Below are positions 27,588 to 40,457 of a DNA stretch of 64,000 bases, piece by piece (the first letter of the stretch is position 1; each line of letters opens with the position of its first letter). The notes beneath the pieces are model-generated. The model did not search any database. It was given only the letters and a program-made list of their open reading frames with translations, and was not told the DNA's origin. This DNA comes from Octopus sinensis (lineage: Eukaryota). The DNA is taken from positions 11,408,001 through 11,472,000 of the forward strand of contig NC_043012.1 of NCBI RefSeq assembly GCF_006345805.1, in the 5' to 3' direction. Made by a program: the position numbers and the translations under genes.

Positions 27588-28657
27588 ATAATGTATAGTT
27601 TCTGACATGTTTGGTTGCTTTTGATATGAAAACATCCTTGCAGCCAAAGTTAAAATCTCTCTCTCTTTTTCTCTCTCTGACGAAGAGCAAGGATCCAAAC
27701 CGTTAGCGTCTTTACACTCTTACGTTAATTTAAACTTAACGAACTTATCTGTACAGCAACATTGTCAGATACTATCTTAATGAGATTCTATGACAGCAAA
27801 AGAGAAAAGGGCGATTGATAAAATTTGTGAGGTTACAGTGTGCGTCGGGGAGGTTCTTATGTTCCATGTAAAATCCTTCTTCTAAACATGTTTTTTAAAA
27901 GTAAGTCTCTTTTAATCTGTTTTTTTTCTTTTTTTATATCGTTTTTGGAAAAAGCCCAGTCTCGAAATGCGAAACATATCCCCTTCACTGTACACAAACT
28001 TATCTTTAATTTACGGATGTTGTAAATATGTCAGAATCTAGGAATATTGGTAAGAGAAAAAAAACTGGAGAAAGTTTTAGAAGGGAAACATTGGGAATTC
28101 ATAGAGTTACTTCCCTTGGAAAAAGAGTAAGTAGTGAAAGGAAAAAGCGAGAGAGAAAGAGAGACAGAGAAGGAAAAGGGAACAAGGTGAGGGTTTAAAG
28201 GAAAACAAAAGGAAAAGAAGAAGGATGAGAAAAACAAGACAATAAAAAAAGGATTTAGAGAGAGTGAGAGAGAGAGAGAGGTAGAGGAGGAAGAAAAGGA
28301 AAGAGGGAAACGGGAGTGAGTGAAAGAGAGAAAAGGAAAGATAAAAGTAATGAGTGAGTGAAAAGGCGAGCAACACAGTAAGTAGAAGTGGTGGGAGGAA
28401 GGGGAGAAGAGTTCCAGGTTTTCAAAATGGCTACGTAAACAATTTAGTTTTGCTTGAATTTAATGAAACTCAAATCGAACTGATTCGAACTGGAATGATT
28501 GTGCGATTATCGATATGAATCAGAAGGCGTCAGGTAAATAATTAGTACGGCTTTGATCTAAACTTTTTAACTCTTTACTTTCATAGATAGACAGATACAC
28601 GGATCATAAATACACCATAAATATACATATCTTTTGTTATCTTAAACGTTTTTACCA

Positions 28658-28708
<51 letters not shown>

Positions 28709-28872
28709 ATATAATACGTGACAATTATATTACATATGTGACATATATTACAGATAAATTCCTCTATTTACATAATATCGAGGTCTCATTCTTTCTTTTG
28801 TTGTCATACTATTAATATATAGGTATATATATATATATATATATATATAAATATATATATATATAATATATA

Positions 28873-28925
<53 letters not shown>

Positions 28926-28940
28926 GTGTGTGTGTGTGTG

Positions 28941-29236
28941 GAGACGCAATGGCCCAGTGGTTAGGGCAGTGGACTCGCGGTCGTTGGATCGCGGTTTCGA
29001 TTCCCAGACCGGGCGTTGTGAGTGTTTATTGAACGAAAACACCTAAAAGCTCCACGAGGCTCTGGCAGGGGGTGGTGGCGACCCCTGTTGTACTCTTTCG
29101 CTCCAACTTTCTCTCACTCTTTCTTCTGTTGGCCTGCTCGCTTAGCCAGCGGGGTGGCTTTATTTGTAGGCTAAAAACAATGCGAAGCGATGTGTAGCAA
29201 CATCTGATAGCCTGGTCGGTCACGGTGATCACGGTG

Positions 29237-29240
<4 letters not shown>
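28941..29240 (+). mobile_element. tRNA-Arg-like SINE (family B)
   Basis: gcaatggcccagtggttagggcagtggactcgcggtcgttggatcgcggtttcgattccc head plus body shared with 17690-17898. Confidence 0.8.
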
Positions 29241-29284
<44 letters not shown>

Positions 29285-29675
29285 TTATAAAATTCTTAAA
29301 GACATTCCGAACATCCAGGTGATACAATTAGTTGTATGTAATATTGTGATCTTTCGCTCTTAAAGACCGTAAGTGAATCGGGCAAGAGTTGTCATCAGCG
29401 GATCCAGGCGAAAAAAAACTATAGGATAGCAACTATCATAATTTATCTTTCGGCTTTTACTCTGTGTGTGTGTGTGTGTGTGTTTCACAAATCAGTTACT
29501 CGGTTTCTTGCATCTAAGGACTTCGTTTACGAACTTCACACTGGTAGATATTCTTTTAGCTGACAACAAAATAATTACACACATACGGAGACAACAAACA
29601 CACACACAGAGAAACTTGCTTGTAGGCCCTAAATAAATTTTGGCAATAGTTGGGGATAGAAACCTTCAGAACTTT

Positions 29676-29679
29676 ATGG
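29676..29679 (+). CDS. LRRC61: Candidate first coding segment of LRRC61 (ATG G, phase 1)
   Basis: actttATGG|gtaagc gives the phase-1 donor needed by the exon at 37074 and yields MGSKVTSG; it lies where CpG density visibly drops. Not uniquely determined. Confidence 0.45.
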
Positions 29680-30902
29680 GTAAGCTTTAATTTGCAATAA
29701 TCCTAAAACTTTATACCTTCTTAATCATTTATGGCGTTTACCGTTGTATCAGTTTTACACATTGTTATCGCTTTATCAGTTTTAATCAAAGAATGAACAA
29801 GTTCGAGATGTCTCCAAAACGAAGTTTTTATACAACTCTAAAATTAAGTCTGATTGAAAATTTATAAGATTTACAAAATTATTGATGACCAATACTAATA
29901 GCACAGAAATTATATTTACAAGAATTACTTCAAAATTATTGAAATTATCTTAGAACAGAAATGTTTTGTATTCGTAATTTAAACTAGAAAACTAAACAAA
30001 AAATGCTTTTTTGAAATATTTTTGTTGTGAGTCATATTATTTCAGTCATTTTGTGGTATTTCTTAAAAAATCTGTGTTAATTATTTGTACTTAGACTATT
30101 CATACTGGTATTTCCCATCAAACCACACCTCCACTTTTGCCCACCTCTCACTAACTTTCACCTCCACCCTTCTCTCTAACCATCTGGTACTCTCCCTTTG
30201 CACTCTTATAACTGTTCCCCACCTCCTGGTCCAATTCCTGCATCATCTCATGTTTCTTGAAGGTTTTGCTCTGATACTCACTCCATCATTGCCATCTTAC
30301 CATTTTCCCAGATAATCCCATCCACCCTCATCAATGTGGAGGAACTATGTATCTTCTCCATAGCAAGACACCTTAGTATCCCTAACTTAAAAAATCACTC
30401 CTCCACCCTCTCCAATACTGCCCCACCACCACTACCAACAACATTTAGTTGAGAGGACCTTTCCCTTACCCTTGTATTTTTCCCTTTTCTTGTTCTTTTC
30501 TGTCTTGAAAGTTGCTTGATGACCCCACTAGTGCTGGTGATGTCAAAAAGGAAGAAAAAACACCCAGTACATGCAGTAAAGTGTTTGGTGTTAGGAAGGG
30601 CATCCAGCCATAGAAACCATGCAGCCTTGGGTTCACCAAATCCTGTCAAACTGTCCAACTTATTCCATCATAGAAAATGGCTGTTAGGTAATGATGGTGA
30701 TAATGGATTCTTGGGGCTGGCTAGATTGGAGCAATCTCAAATATAATTAGCCGAAATTGCAAAGATAATCTGTTACTCAACTGAGGAAAGAAAACTTCAA
30801 ATGACCTGTCCTTGGTTTCTTTGTATCGTCTATCTGGATGTTTTGTTGTCTAATTTTTGTATCACCTAACTGTCCAGAGGTTTTGCGTTCTTGTCCCATT
30901 TG

Positions 30903-30937
<35 letters not shown>

Positions 30938-31127
30938 TGAGAGAGAGAGGCATACCTCGACTTAAGTCATCTTGATTCAAGTCGTCTTTGATTATACGTC
31001 GGTTTTCAAAAATAATATGGAAAAATAAAAATCAAGTCAAGTCATTTTACTTGACTTGACGTCTGTTCGCCACAAATATTAGAATCATAAAATCACTAGA
31101 AAACCATTAAAAGCACATAAAATCATA

Positions 31128-31302
31128 TTAAAATATGTACATTAACTGTTAAAATATGTACATTAACTGTTAAAATATGTACATTAACTGTTAAAATATG
31201 TACATTAACTGTTAAAATATGTACATTAACTGTTAAAATATGTACATTAACTGTTAAAATATGTACATTAACTGTTAAAATATGTACATTAACTGTTAAA
31301 AT
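31128..31302 (+). repeat. 21-bp minisatellite, about 8 copies
   Basis: Unit ttaaaatatgtacattaactg. Confidence 0.95.
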
Positions 31303-31520
31303 ACACACCATAAAGTAGTGTAGCTTAGTGAGCAAAATTATGAAATCAGCTGTGTTGTCTTATTTATCAGTCTTTCGGAGCTCATAGTGCACTGTAGTTC
31401 CAATATCTGCCATTAGGTGTCGTTGTCACTCGTGATTCCCGCGATTGTTTGAATTTAGATTTGTTTAAGTCTGTTTATCGGCTACTTACTCATTCATTTG
31501 TGACTTTATTTTTTGCCCCC

Positions 31521-33220
31521 ATGGCTCATAAGAAAATTCATAGTGAAAGTGCTAAGCGTCATGCTATAATGTTGGAAGATAAACTGGCTGTGATAAAACG
31601 CCATGGAAAAAGTGGTAGCAATTGTGTGATCTTTGGCAATGAGTCGGACAGCTTTATCAACGATTGTACATAAGGATAAGATTTTAGCACATATCAAATC
31701 TGACACCCCAGGGATGAAGAACACTGTCATCAATAATTCAAAGAAGCAAAATCTTTGAAGAAATAGAAAGCCTTCTTTCTCTTTGGATTGTTAGGTTGAA
31801 TCGTCATCGTGCTATTATTAGTCAAGAAATCATTCAAGAGAAAGCATCTTCTTTGTTTGAGGACTTGAAGAAAAAATATTCAGATGAGAAAGATGTAGAG
31901 TTCAAGTTAAGTCAAGGATGGTTCATGATATTTAACCCTTTAGTGTTCGCATTATTCTGCCAAAATTAATCCTTTTTGATCCACATTGTTTTGAACTAAT
32001 CATGCATTATCTTGTAGCTATGGGATTTCAATGAGGTAGGTGTTAATTTTTAAAATGATATTGTAGGGTTGGTGTGAGAGACCAGATCTGGCCAGTCTGA
32101 CCATAAAACAGGCAGAATACTTTTGGCCGGATATGGCCGGTTTAAATGCTAAAGGGTTAAGGAGCGAAGAAGTTATTATTCCATTAAGAAGCGAGGTGAA
32201 AGTGCATCCGCTGACGAACAAGCAGCAGCGGAATTTCCCAATGCATTAAAGAAAATCATCGAAGGAAACGGGTTTCTTCTCAAACAGATTTTTAATGTAG
32301 ACGAAACTGGAATGTATTGGTAGAAAATTGCCAGACCGTTCATTCATTTCCAAGGAGGAGAAAACTATTCCAGACTACAAGGTCTCAAAAGAATGTGTGA
32401 CCATTATGTTGGGAGCTAATTGTGCAGGAGATTTTAAGTTAAAACCATTGTTTATGTATCATGCACACAATCCCTGTGCCCTGAAGGACTTTCCCAAGGC
32501 ATCTCTCCCTGTTATATGGATGGCTAATTCAAAAGCATGGGTTTTGACCCCAACATTACTGTTGTATACCTCCTTCCAAACACCACATTTCTTTTGCAGC
32601 CAATGGATCAGTGAATAATTGCTATCTTCAAGCATTACTATATGATGTGTATGCTGCAGCAAGCAAAAGCTGCAACAGATCTTGATGAGTCCATCACATT
32701 TCATGACTTTTGGAAGAGATACGATATCTACAAGGCTGTACAGAACATAGCAACGGCATGGAATGATGTGCAGAGCACAGCTATGAATGGTGTATGGAAG
32801 AAGCTTTGCTTGCTATCCATGAATTATTTTAAGGGGTTTGATAATGTTGCCATTAACAAAATGTTGGTGACTATGAGCAGAGAACTAGAAATGGGTTTGG
32901 AGAAGGAGGATTTCACAGATTTTTTTGAAAAAGACAAGCAGTCCTTGATGAACGAAGATTTGATAGAGCTTCACGAGCAGCAAAATAAAGAAGAGGAAGT
33001 TGAACCTGAGCCTCATCACTTTACCATTAAGAGAATGCAGCAAGCATTTGTATATATCGAAAAAGTTCTTTCTATGTTCAAGGATATGGATCCAAATGCT
33101 CAGAATTTTTCCAAGATCATGGGGGCTTGTCATGAAGCTTTTGCTCCTAATAATGTAGTCTTTGAGGAAAAGAAGAAGACAGTTCAAGGAACTCTCAACG
33201 GTTTTTTTTTATTACATTGA
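31521..33220 (+). pseudogene. Tigger/TIGD1-like transposase (HTH plus DDE_1), with frameshifts and stops
   Basis: MAHKK..KRHAIMLEDKLAVIKR (HTH), GWFMIF|KERR...ESASAD...QIFNVDETGMYW*KLPDRSFISKEEK..KPLF...PVIWMANSKAWV, and FWKRYDIYKAVQNIATAWNDVQSTAMNGVWKKL. Confidence 0.9.
31932..32160. mobile_element. piggyBac-type MITE with TTAA target duplication inserted in the Tigger ORF
   Basis: TTAA-CCCTTTAG ... CTAAAGGG-TTAA; removing it rejoins the frame GWFMIF-KERR. Relatives near 40190, 47148, 48234 and 62640; a different TTAA element is at 62037-62248. Confidence 0.85.
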
Positions 33221-33789
33221 ACAAGAAGAACCAGATTCAGCTGTTGATGTTGGTGATCCATAGCCATCTATATCCGCGATGTAAACCACCAAATTGTATG
33301 TGCATATTGGTGAATTTAAAATAATTTAGTTTTTTTTACTATTGCAAAATAATAATAATTAATTTGTTTTTTAAGCTTAAAAAAGGCTTTTATTTTACCA
33401 TGTCTTATTGCAAACTGCATTCATAAATAAAGCATCTGTGATGTACGGTAAACACAGAAAAATTGTATTCGTAAATTTAGATTACTTTTTTTTTTTACTG
33501 TACAGTATTAAAAAATAAAAAAATTATTTGTTTGTTAGCTTAAAATAGATTTTTATTAACCATGTGTTATTGAAAATGCATTCATAAATAAAGTACAGAA
33601 CTGAAAATAGTTATTATCGGTTTAGCATAGAGACAAGTAAATTCGGCCTAGCCTAGCCTAGAGGCAAGTTAATTCGACTTAAGTTGTGTCACCTGGAACC
33701 AATTAATGACATAGGGTGAGATATGCCAGTGAGTATATATATATATATATACACATATATATGATCCATATATATATATATATATATAC

Positions 33790-33819
<30 letters not shown>

Positions 33820-33821
<2 letters not shown>

Positions 33822-34330
33822 CATCATCACCATCATTTAATGTCCATTGTCCATGCTGGCATGGGTTGGACGGTTTGAACAGGGCTGGCAAGCTGAGGCA
33901 CTGCACCAGACTCTGGTCTGATTTGGCATGGTTTCTACGGCTGGATGCCCTTCCCAATGCCAACCACTCCTAGAATGTAATGGGTGCTTTTACATGCCAC
34001 TGGCACGGTCACCAGTTGCTTCACTCTAGTACCTGCCACGACTGCAATTTCACTTGGCTTGATGGATCTTCTTCTCAAGCGTGGAATATTGCCAAAAGTC
34101 TCGGTCATGTGTCATTGGCTCTGTGAGGCCCAACGCTTGAATGGTGCTGTTTACGTGCCAGTCACACGCCAATATTTTCTGTCTTCCTTCAAACATGAAC
34201 AGCACAATGATCGGTTTATGTTTCCATGGAAGATCGGAAATGAGCAACTCCATTTGTATGACTCTGACATTTGTTTACAGTTTGAATAAGATGTGAAAGC
34301 AAGGAGTCCTGAACTAGCACTTGATCAGTT
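33820..34330 (-). mobile_element. RTE-type LINE/SINE 3' end with (GAT)n tail
   Basis: catcatc...ccatgctggcatgggttggacgg...ggatgcccttcc..gccaaccactc; same family at 36440-36650, 43610-43990, 51270-52130, 55990-56410 and 58790-59180. Confidence 0.7.
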
Positions 34331-34719
34331 ACAACATCGAGGGTTCCAGTTGATCCAATCAGCAGAACAGCTTGTTCATGAAATTAAGTGGCCAAGTACT
34401 CTGTAGACATGTATACCCTTGACGTAACTCCCAGAGAGATTCAGCATGGCACAGAATATGAGAAGGGTGGCCCTTTGAAATACAGGTACTACTCATTTTT
34501 CCATTTGAATGAACTGGAGCAATGTGAAATAAAGTGTCTTGCTTAAGAATACAACATGCTGCCAGGAATTGAACTCATGACCTTACGATTGTGAGCTGAA
34601 TACCTTAACCATTAAGCCATGCACCTTCAATAGGAGACATGAAGACACAGTCACACACACATATATGAAAGGTCTCTTTCAGTTTCCACTCACAAAGCTA
34701 AGGGCTATAGAGGGAGGGA

Positions 34720-35060
34720 GCCCCTCCCCCTTCCTTTTATCATGAATGACCATGGGATTGCACCCAGAAAGTTCCCCTCTGAGGTACAAGTCCAGGCAAA
34801 GTTGTTTATGGAAGCCCAGCAGTTGCCCATGCATACCAGCCTCTCCTCTCCACGCCACTGATGTTATCCAAGGGAAAGGCAAAGGGGCCGATACAGCTTG
34901 GTACCAGTGACATAACAACTCATTTCTACAGCTGAGTAAACTGTAGCAGCGTGAAATAAAGTGTCTTGCTCAAGAACACAACTCACAGCTTGGTCTGGGA
35001 ATCAAACTCACTATTTCATGATTGTGAGCCCAACACTCTAACCACTGAGCCATGCAGCTT
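34720..35060 (-). mobile_element. SINE family C, full length
   Basis: Reverse complement of the 2605-2935 type. Confidence 0.85.
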
Positions 35061-35219
35061 CATAACTTAGGGCTATAGCAGAATGCATTTGCCCCTAAGC
35101 ACCACACAGTGGGATTGAACCGGGAACCATGTAGTTGCAAAGCAATCTCCGTAGCCATGTAGCTATCTCCATACTTATAACAGTTGTACCTCTGCCTACA
35201 AACAAACACATTGACAGAA

Positions 35220-35522
35220 GAGCAATGTTTGAGGAATGTTTGCAGGAACAACCAGGAGAATTCATCTACGAAGCAATTGCCCCAGCTCCCCTTCAGGGTT
35301 GGCGAAAGCGATGTGGTGGACAACGAAAAACCTGGCTGATCTGGAACCCAACCTAGGCCCCCATGTCTAAGGCATTCGCCGCTGGAATAAGGAGTGGTTG
35401 GAGATCACTCAATCGTTAGCCTCAAATCGCCAGGCCTGGTCGGCGCTTGTGAGACATCAAGCTTTGAGGATGAATGAAGCCAGCTCAACCCACCCCGGGT
35501 GAATGCTGTCTCAAGACAAGAA
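35220..35522 (+). pseudogene. RTE-clade LINE ORF C-terminal fragment
   Basis: AIAPAPLQGWRKRCGGQRKTWL followed by a W..LASNRQAWSALVR-like stretch; resembles RTE ORF ends (inference). Confidence 0.55.
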
Positions 35523-37073
35523 GAGCAACATATTTACAATCTATTGTTTTTTATGCAAAGTTTGATATTTTTGTGTTGGTAATGATGTCAATGTGCGTCT
35601 TAAAGTAACTTTCTTTTTTAAAATGCAAATCTTAAGACTTATTTACCTTATTGTTTCCAGTTCATTTATTAAAAAAATCAGTGTTTATAATGTATATTAG
35701 TGTTATTATATTCGGACCAGTTGTACCAGTTGACCAAGAAAGCAAGGCCACTGATGCATAGTGGTTTGACAAGAATATTAAAGTAATTACACATGACATA
35801 AAGACAAAAAAACTATTACGACTGTTGTAGTGGAATTGAGAATAGCTCTTTCTTTTTTTTTCTTTCTTTTATGTATGCACACACAATTTTATATCATCAT
35901 CATCATCATCATCATCTACATTCACTTTTTCATGCTTGCACCCTGGTTATCTGGTTGAGTCAGTAACATCAAGCCCTTCCTTGGTGTTACTGACCTTCAC
36001 AAATGGATCACAATTGTACATTTTAATTTTTGACCTGGTTTCTATTCTTAGATACCCTTCCTAGCACCCTAACATCAACACTTTACAAAACCTCTGTGTG
36101 CGTGCGTGTGTACATACATACACACATACATACGCAAAGTACAAAACTGAATAAACAACATATAATTATATAATTACTTATTATATATTGTTTATTTATT
36201 TTTGTACTTTTTGTGGTCTAGTTATATGTTTTAAAATATATTTTGTTTTTTATTTATGATTTGGTTTATGTCTATCATTGTTTGAATAGCATAATTGTGG
36301 TTTTTCTCTACTATATATAAGAAAGTGAGATGACAAAGGAACAAGTGGTTATCTTATGAGCTTCATTAGCTTACAGCTGTTTCGTCCCTTGCAACCCTCT
36401 CCAGCTGAGCATCCCTAATCTTGCAGGATTGTAAGTGCTGGTGCCATGTAAAAAGCCCATGTACCGGTGCTGCCTAAAAGCACCCAGTACACTCTGTAAA
36501 GTGGTTGGCGTTAGGAAGGGCATCCAGCCGTAGAAGTCATGCTAAAACTGACATGGAGCCTGAACAGCCTTTCAGCTGGTCAGCTCCTGTCAAACCATCC
36601 AACCCATGCCAGCATGGAAAACAGACACTAAATGATGATGATGATGATGATATTAAATGTCCAATCGTTTTCTCTGTCATTCACTGAACATCGAACAGAT
36701 TAGCTCTAATTCACTTATCCAATGTAATTACTCTTTTAATAATTGTAGTTAGTTGGCTGTGGCCATGCTGGGGCATTGTCCTGAAATTATGTTGCTAGTG
36801 ATACCAGAGGGCGCACACTCTCCTACCCTGATGTAATCTCCATGGATACAGGCATCAAGCAACAAGACCTCCGTAATGCTATGATGGACCGTGAAGTCTG
36901 GCGTAGCATGGTAAATTCCATTGTTTAGACCACCGTCGAACAATGATGATGAGTCCACTAAAAAAAAATGTAAAAAAATTAACAAAGGGTCTCAATACAT
37001 TTGGAATTGAATCCAGTATCCTAGTTTTAATAGTTACTCTCTATTGATCTCTGTGTTTTCTGTTTTCTTACAG

Positions 37074-37160
37074 GATCTAAAGTGACCAGCGGAATGCTGA
37101 GAGGAATCAGTGGAGATTTTGATCTGGAATCAATCATGATTTTAAATCTTGATGGTTTGC
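37074..37160 (+). CDS. LRRC61: LRRC61 coding exon 2
   Basis: ttcttacag|GA TCT AAA GTG...GGT TTG C|gtgagt; SKVTSGMLRGISGDFDLESIMILNLDGL aligns with recalled human LRRC61 ITPQLLKSRTGEFSLESILLLKLRGL. Confidence 0.88.
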
Positions 37161-37617
37161 GTGAGTATACTGTATGGTCATTTGGCTGTACCTTTGTGTG
37201 TGTGTGTGTTTATGTAATGACTGTGTGGATTAGATATGGTCTCTGCATTTCATGGAACCTGTCCCAGAGAACAGAAACTCTTCATAAAAACAAACACATG
37301 ATGGGGGAACCCCATAGTCCTGCACCCAACAACTTCTGCAGTGTCAGTGGCATGATAAAATGCGCCTATTCTATGCCAGGAAGTGCATCCTGCTGTAAAA
37401 TCAATGCAGCACATGCACACACACACAACAAAAAATGCATGACACATCTTCAAAGACTGATTGTTTTCTTCTTGCCATACATGTGCATATATGCATGGCA
37501 GATGATAAAAGACAGTGACTAATTTTGAGATGCTGTGACACCTGTCTAACCAACATGGAAAAGAGAAATGATGATGATGATAATTTGACAGACACACAGA
37601 CATTCACACATATGTAG

Positions 37618-37773
37618 GCATAGGAGTGGATGTGTGGTAAGTAGCTTGCTTACGAACCACATGGTTCTGGGTTCAGTCCCACTGCGTGGCACCTTGGGCA
37701 AGTGACTTCTACTATGGCCTCGGGCCGACCAAATCCTTATGAGTGGATTTGGTAGACGGAAACTGAAAGAAGC

Positions 37774-37813
<40 letters not shown>

Positions 37814-37910
37814 TGCATGTATGTGTGTGTATATGTTTCTGTGTCTGTGTTTGTCCCAACAACATTGCTTGACAACCGATGCTGATGTGTTTACGTCCCC
37901 GTAACTTAGC
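37618..37910 (+). mobile_element. SINE family A, 3'-truncated, intronic
   Basis: Head ggagtggatgtgtggtaagtagcttgc with central (TA)n. Confidence 0.85.
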
Positions 37911-38102
37911 GATATGTATTTGTTTGGATTCTCCCTGTTCTGTGCAGACCCCATGAATTTTTGAAAAATTTCAGTAAGTATTTAAAAAAAAAAATAGATG
38001 AAGAATTATTAATTTGTCAAAAATTTGTTGCAATGGTAAAATATTTGGAACCAGTCTCGTAGACTATGATAGATTTAAGTTCTAATAAATATTATTTTCC
38101 AG

Positions 38103-38249
38103 ATATCAATGAAGTTGGCAGTCTTGAAGAATGTACTGGCCTGGAACATCTTATTCTCTCCAACAATGACTTAAGTAACCTCATCCCCGTCTCCAGTTTA
38201 ACAAACCTCAATTCTTTGAATTTAAGCAACAATAATATCAGTTCCCTTG
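38103..38249 (+). CDS. LRRC61: LRRC61 coding exon 3 (LRR repeats)
   Basis: ttttccag|AT ATC...CTT G|gtaagt; INEVGSLEECTGLEHLILSNNDLSNLIPVSSLTNLNSLNLSNNNISSL. Confidence 0.92.
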
Positions 38250-38434
38250 GTAAGTATTTGCTTTCACTTCTTGATGTTGTTGGTGTTCTCATTTAACCTT
38301 AGGTCCACTGTGGTCTAATACACCTGTCCCCAAAATGGCATTTAACCATTCTCATCTTATTTATGGATATCAAAGACAACATTTAATGCATTATTTACAT
38401 TCGACAGATATTTGTCCTCATCTTATTTGTTGTT

Positions 38435-38480
38435 AACACAACGTTTCGGCTGATATACCCTCCAGCCTTCTTCAGATGTC
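38435..38480 (-). ncRNA. Minimal type-I hammerhead-ribozyme-like motif in a Penelope-type repeat
   Basis: Minus strand GACAT-CTGAAGA-A-GGCTG-gagggtatat-CAGCC-GAAAC-GTT-GTGTT: core, 5-bp stem II and 5-bp stem I with wobbles. Confidence 0.45.
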
Positions 38481-38564
38481 TTGGGGAAATTTCGAACCTG
38501 GGTTCTCATTCCTAAGGTATTTTTCAATGTTATTATTATTATTGTTATTGTTCAATAACAATAA

Positions 38565-38810
38565 TAATAATTGTGCAATCTTGCATGGCTAGCAAGGCTT
38601 GCCACCCGTAGCCTATGTTATCATCCTCTTTGTTCTCTTCAACTGCCTAATACATTCCTGAGGATTCTGGCTGTTTCGAAGAGGCAAACTTTTTGTAATA
38701 ATTCTACCGGGCATTCTATTCCTATTTCCTTTTGTATTCCCCTCAATATCTCTTGATACTGTCCCCAAGTCCCCAACTATAATCAGCACTCTCTTCACCT
38801 ATTACATCTT
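38565..38810 (-). pseudogene. Non-LTR retrotransposon (R4/Dong-like) C-terminal fragment
   Basis: RVLIIVGDLGTVSRDIEG...ITKSLPLRNSQNPQ resembles the VIPVVIGALGTV...QKxxLLxTAxILR end of REL-endonuclease elements; (AAT)n tail nearby. Confidence 0.5.
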
Positions 38811-38993
38811 CCACAATCGGGTTGTTTCGTTTTTAAGAACCATTTAGCAAAATGCTTTGTCCTATTTGTTGTGTCTCTTTACTTTCCATGAACATCAATT
38901 TTACCTTTCATCCATTCAAGAGTCATTAAAATAAAGTACCAGTCATGGACTGGGGTTGAAATTATTGACTAACCACCCACCTCAAAACTGTGG

Positions 38994-39235
38994 AGGCACA
39001 TGGCTTAGTGGTTAGAATGTTGGACTCATGTTTGTAAGATTGTGGTTTTGATTCTTGGACCGGATTCTTGTTCTTGAGCAAAACACTTCATTTCACATTG
39101 CTCCAGTCCATTCAGCTGGCAAAAATGAGTAATCCTGCAAAGGATCAGCATCCCATCCAGGTGGGGAAACTCCGTGAAACCGAGAAACCAGCCCTTATGA
39201 GTCAGTATGACTTGGGAAAGTAACTTTACCTTTAC
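38994..39235 (+). mobile_element. SINE family C variant, intronic
   Basis: gaggcacatggcttagtggttagaatgttggactcatg...gattcttggacc; related copy at 60470-60715. Confidence 0.75.
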
Positions 39236-39375
39236 CACCCCAAAATTACTTGCCTTCTGCCTAAATCAGACGCCATCATCATCATCATTATCATCATCAT
39301 CCTCATCATCATTGTCATCATCATCATCATTATTATTATTATTATTATTTTATTTTTTTTTTTTTGTCTTTATAG

Positions 39376-39436
39376 AAGGATTACAGACTCTGGAAAATTT
39401 AGAAACTTTAAACTTATCAGGAAATTTTATTGAAAA
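39376..39436 (+). CDS. LRRC61: LRRC61 coding exon 4
   Basis: ctttatag|AA GGA...GAA AA|gtaagt; EGLQTLENLETLNLSGNFIE. Confidence 0.92.
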
Positions 39437-40457
39437 GTAAGTACATAAGTTGTTTTAGGAATATGGAGGAAAGAAAATAGACTGCTATAATTACGCTACT
39501 GGCATTATCATTATAACCTTAATCACCGCTGTCATCATCATTATCATCATGATGATGATGATGATCATCATCATCAATATAATGTCCATATACTATCTGT
39601 ACATATCCCCTGAGATAGGTATCTTCACATTAGTGTTAATAATTTAACTATATTAATTTTTCAAAGTCATGATAGCTTGATTGCATTTGCATTTTCCCGT
39701 CTTTGTACAATTCTTTGTCTTGGCTCAAATAAAATAACTAAAGCCTCTGTTCTCTTTAGACAATTTCCTCTGTGGCCTTTGACCTTTAAAACCAGAATTT
39801 ATGATCCATGAGGAAAAGTAAATTATGGTGTTTTGAGCTGGATCCTTCTTTATAAAACTATCGTGACTCACGTCTTTTCATGACAAATAAATGTACTATA
39901 ACTTAGCAGTTCGGCAAAAGAGACTGGTAGAATAAGTACCAGACTTACAAAGAACGAGTCCTAGGGTCGATTTCTTTGATTAAAAAACCTTTTAAGGTGG
40001 TGCTCCAGCATGGCTGCAGTCACATGACTGAAAAAGGAGAGGGAAAAGAATTCCAAATTTTCACAAATTTTTATCTCTGTATTTTTGCTGACATTGGCCA
40101 ATATTAGTTTTCTTAATTCTAGTTTTTGTTTTCTTTTTTTGAATTATTAGTTCCCCCATTTTTATTGTTTCTTTTTAATCGTTAACCCTTCAGCATTTAA
40201 ACTGGCCATATCCAACTGAAATATTCTACATGTTTCCTGTTCAAACTAAGCAGATCCAGTCTCTCACACCTATCCTAAAGTGTGACTCTAAAAATAAAGA
40301 ATCACATCATTGAAATCTCAAGCCTACAAGATTCATTCAAAATGTGAATAAATGAATATTAGGTTCGACAGAGTAATCCGAATGCTAAAGTGTAATACGT
40401 CTTGCTTTGTGAAAACACTGAAAAATCTGTTAAATCTCTCTGATTTGTATTTTTCAG

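Larger units (their letters stand above)
30952..33733 (+). mobile_element. Tigger/pogo DNA transposon, decayed, inside the putative first LRRC61 intron
   Basis: Pogo-like ends (cctcgacttaagtc at left; related inverted gacttaagttgtg...tgacatagggtgag at right) adjoining (TA)n runs, with an internal transposase remnant. Exact ends are approximate. Confidence 0.7.

Noticed and set aside
28941-29015. tRNA-Arg(TCG)-like sequence as a real tRNA gene (also the other SINE heads)
   Set aside because: It continues into a shared SINE body, has multiple degenerate copies, and I could not form a proper acceptor stem.
32642-33220. 192-aa ORF as a domesticated TIGD host gene
   Set aside because: It is the tail of a transposase that is broken upstream by a stop, frameshifts and a MITE.
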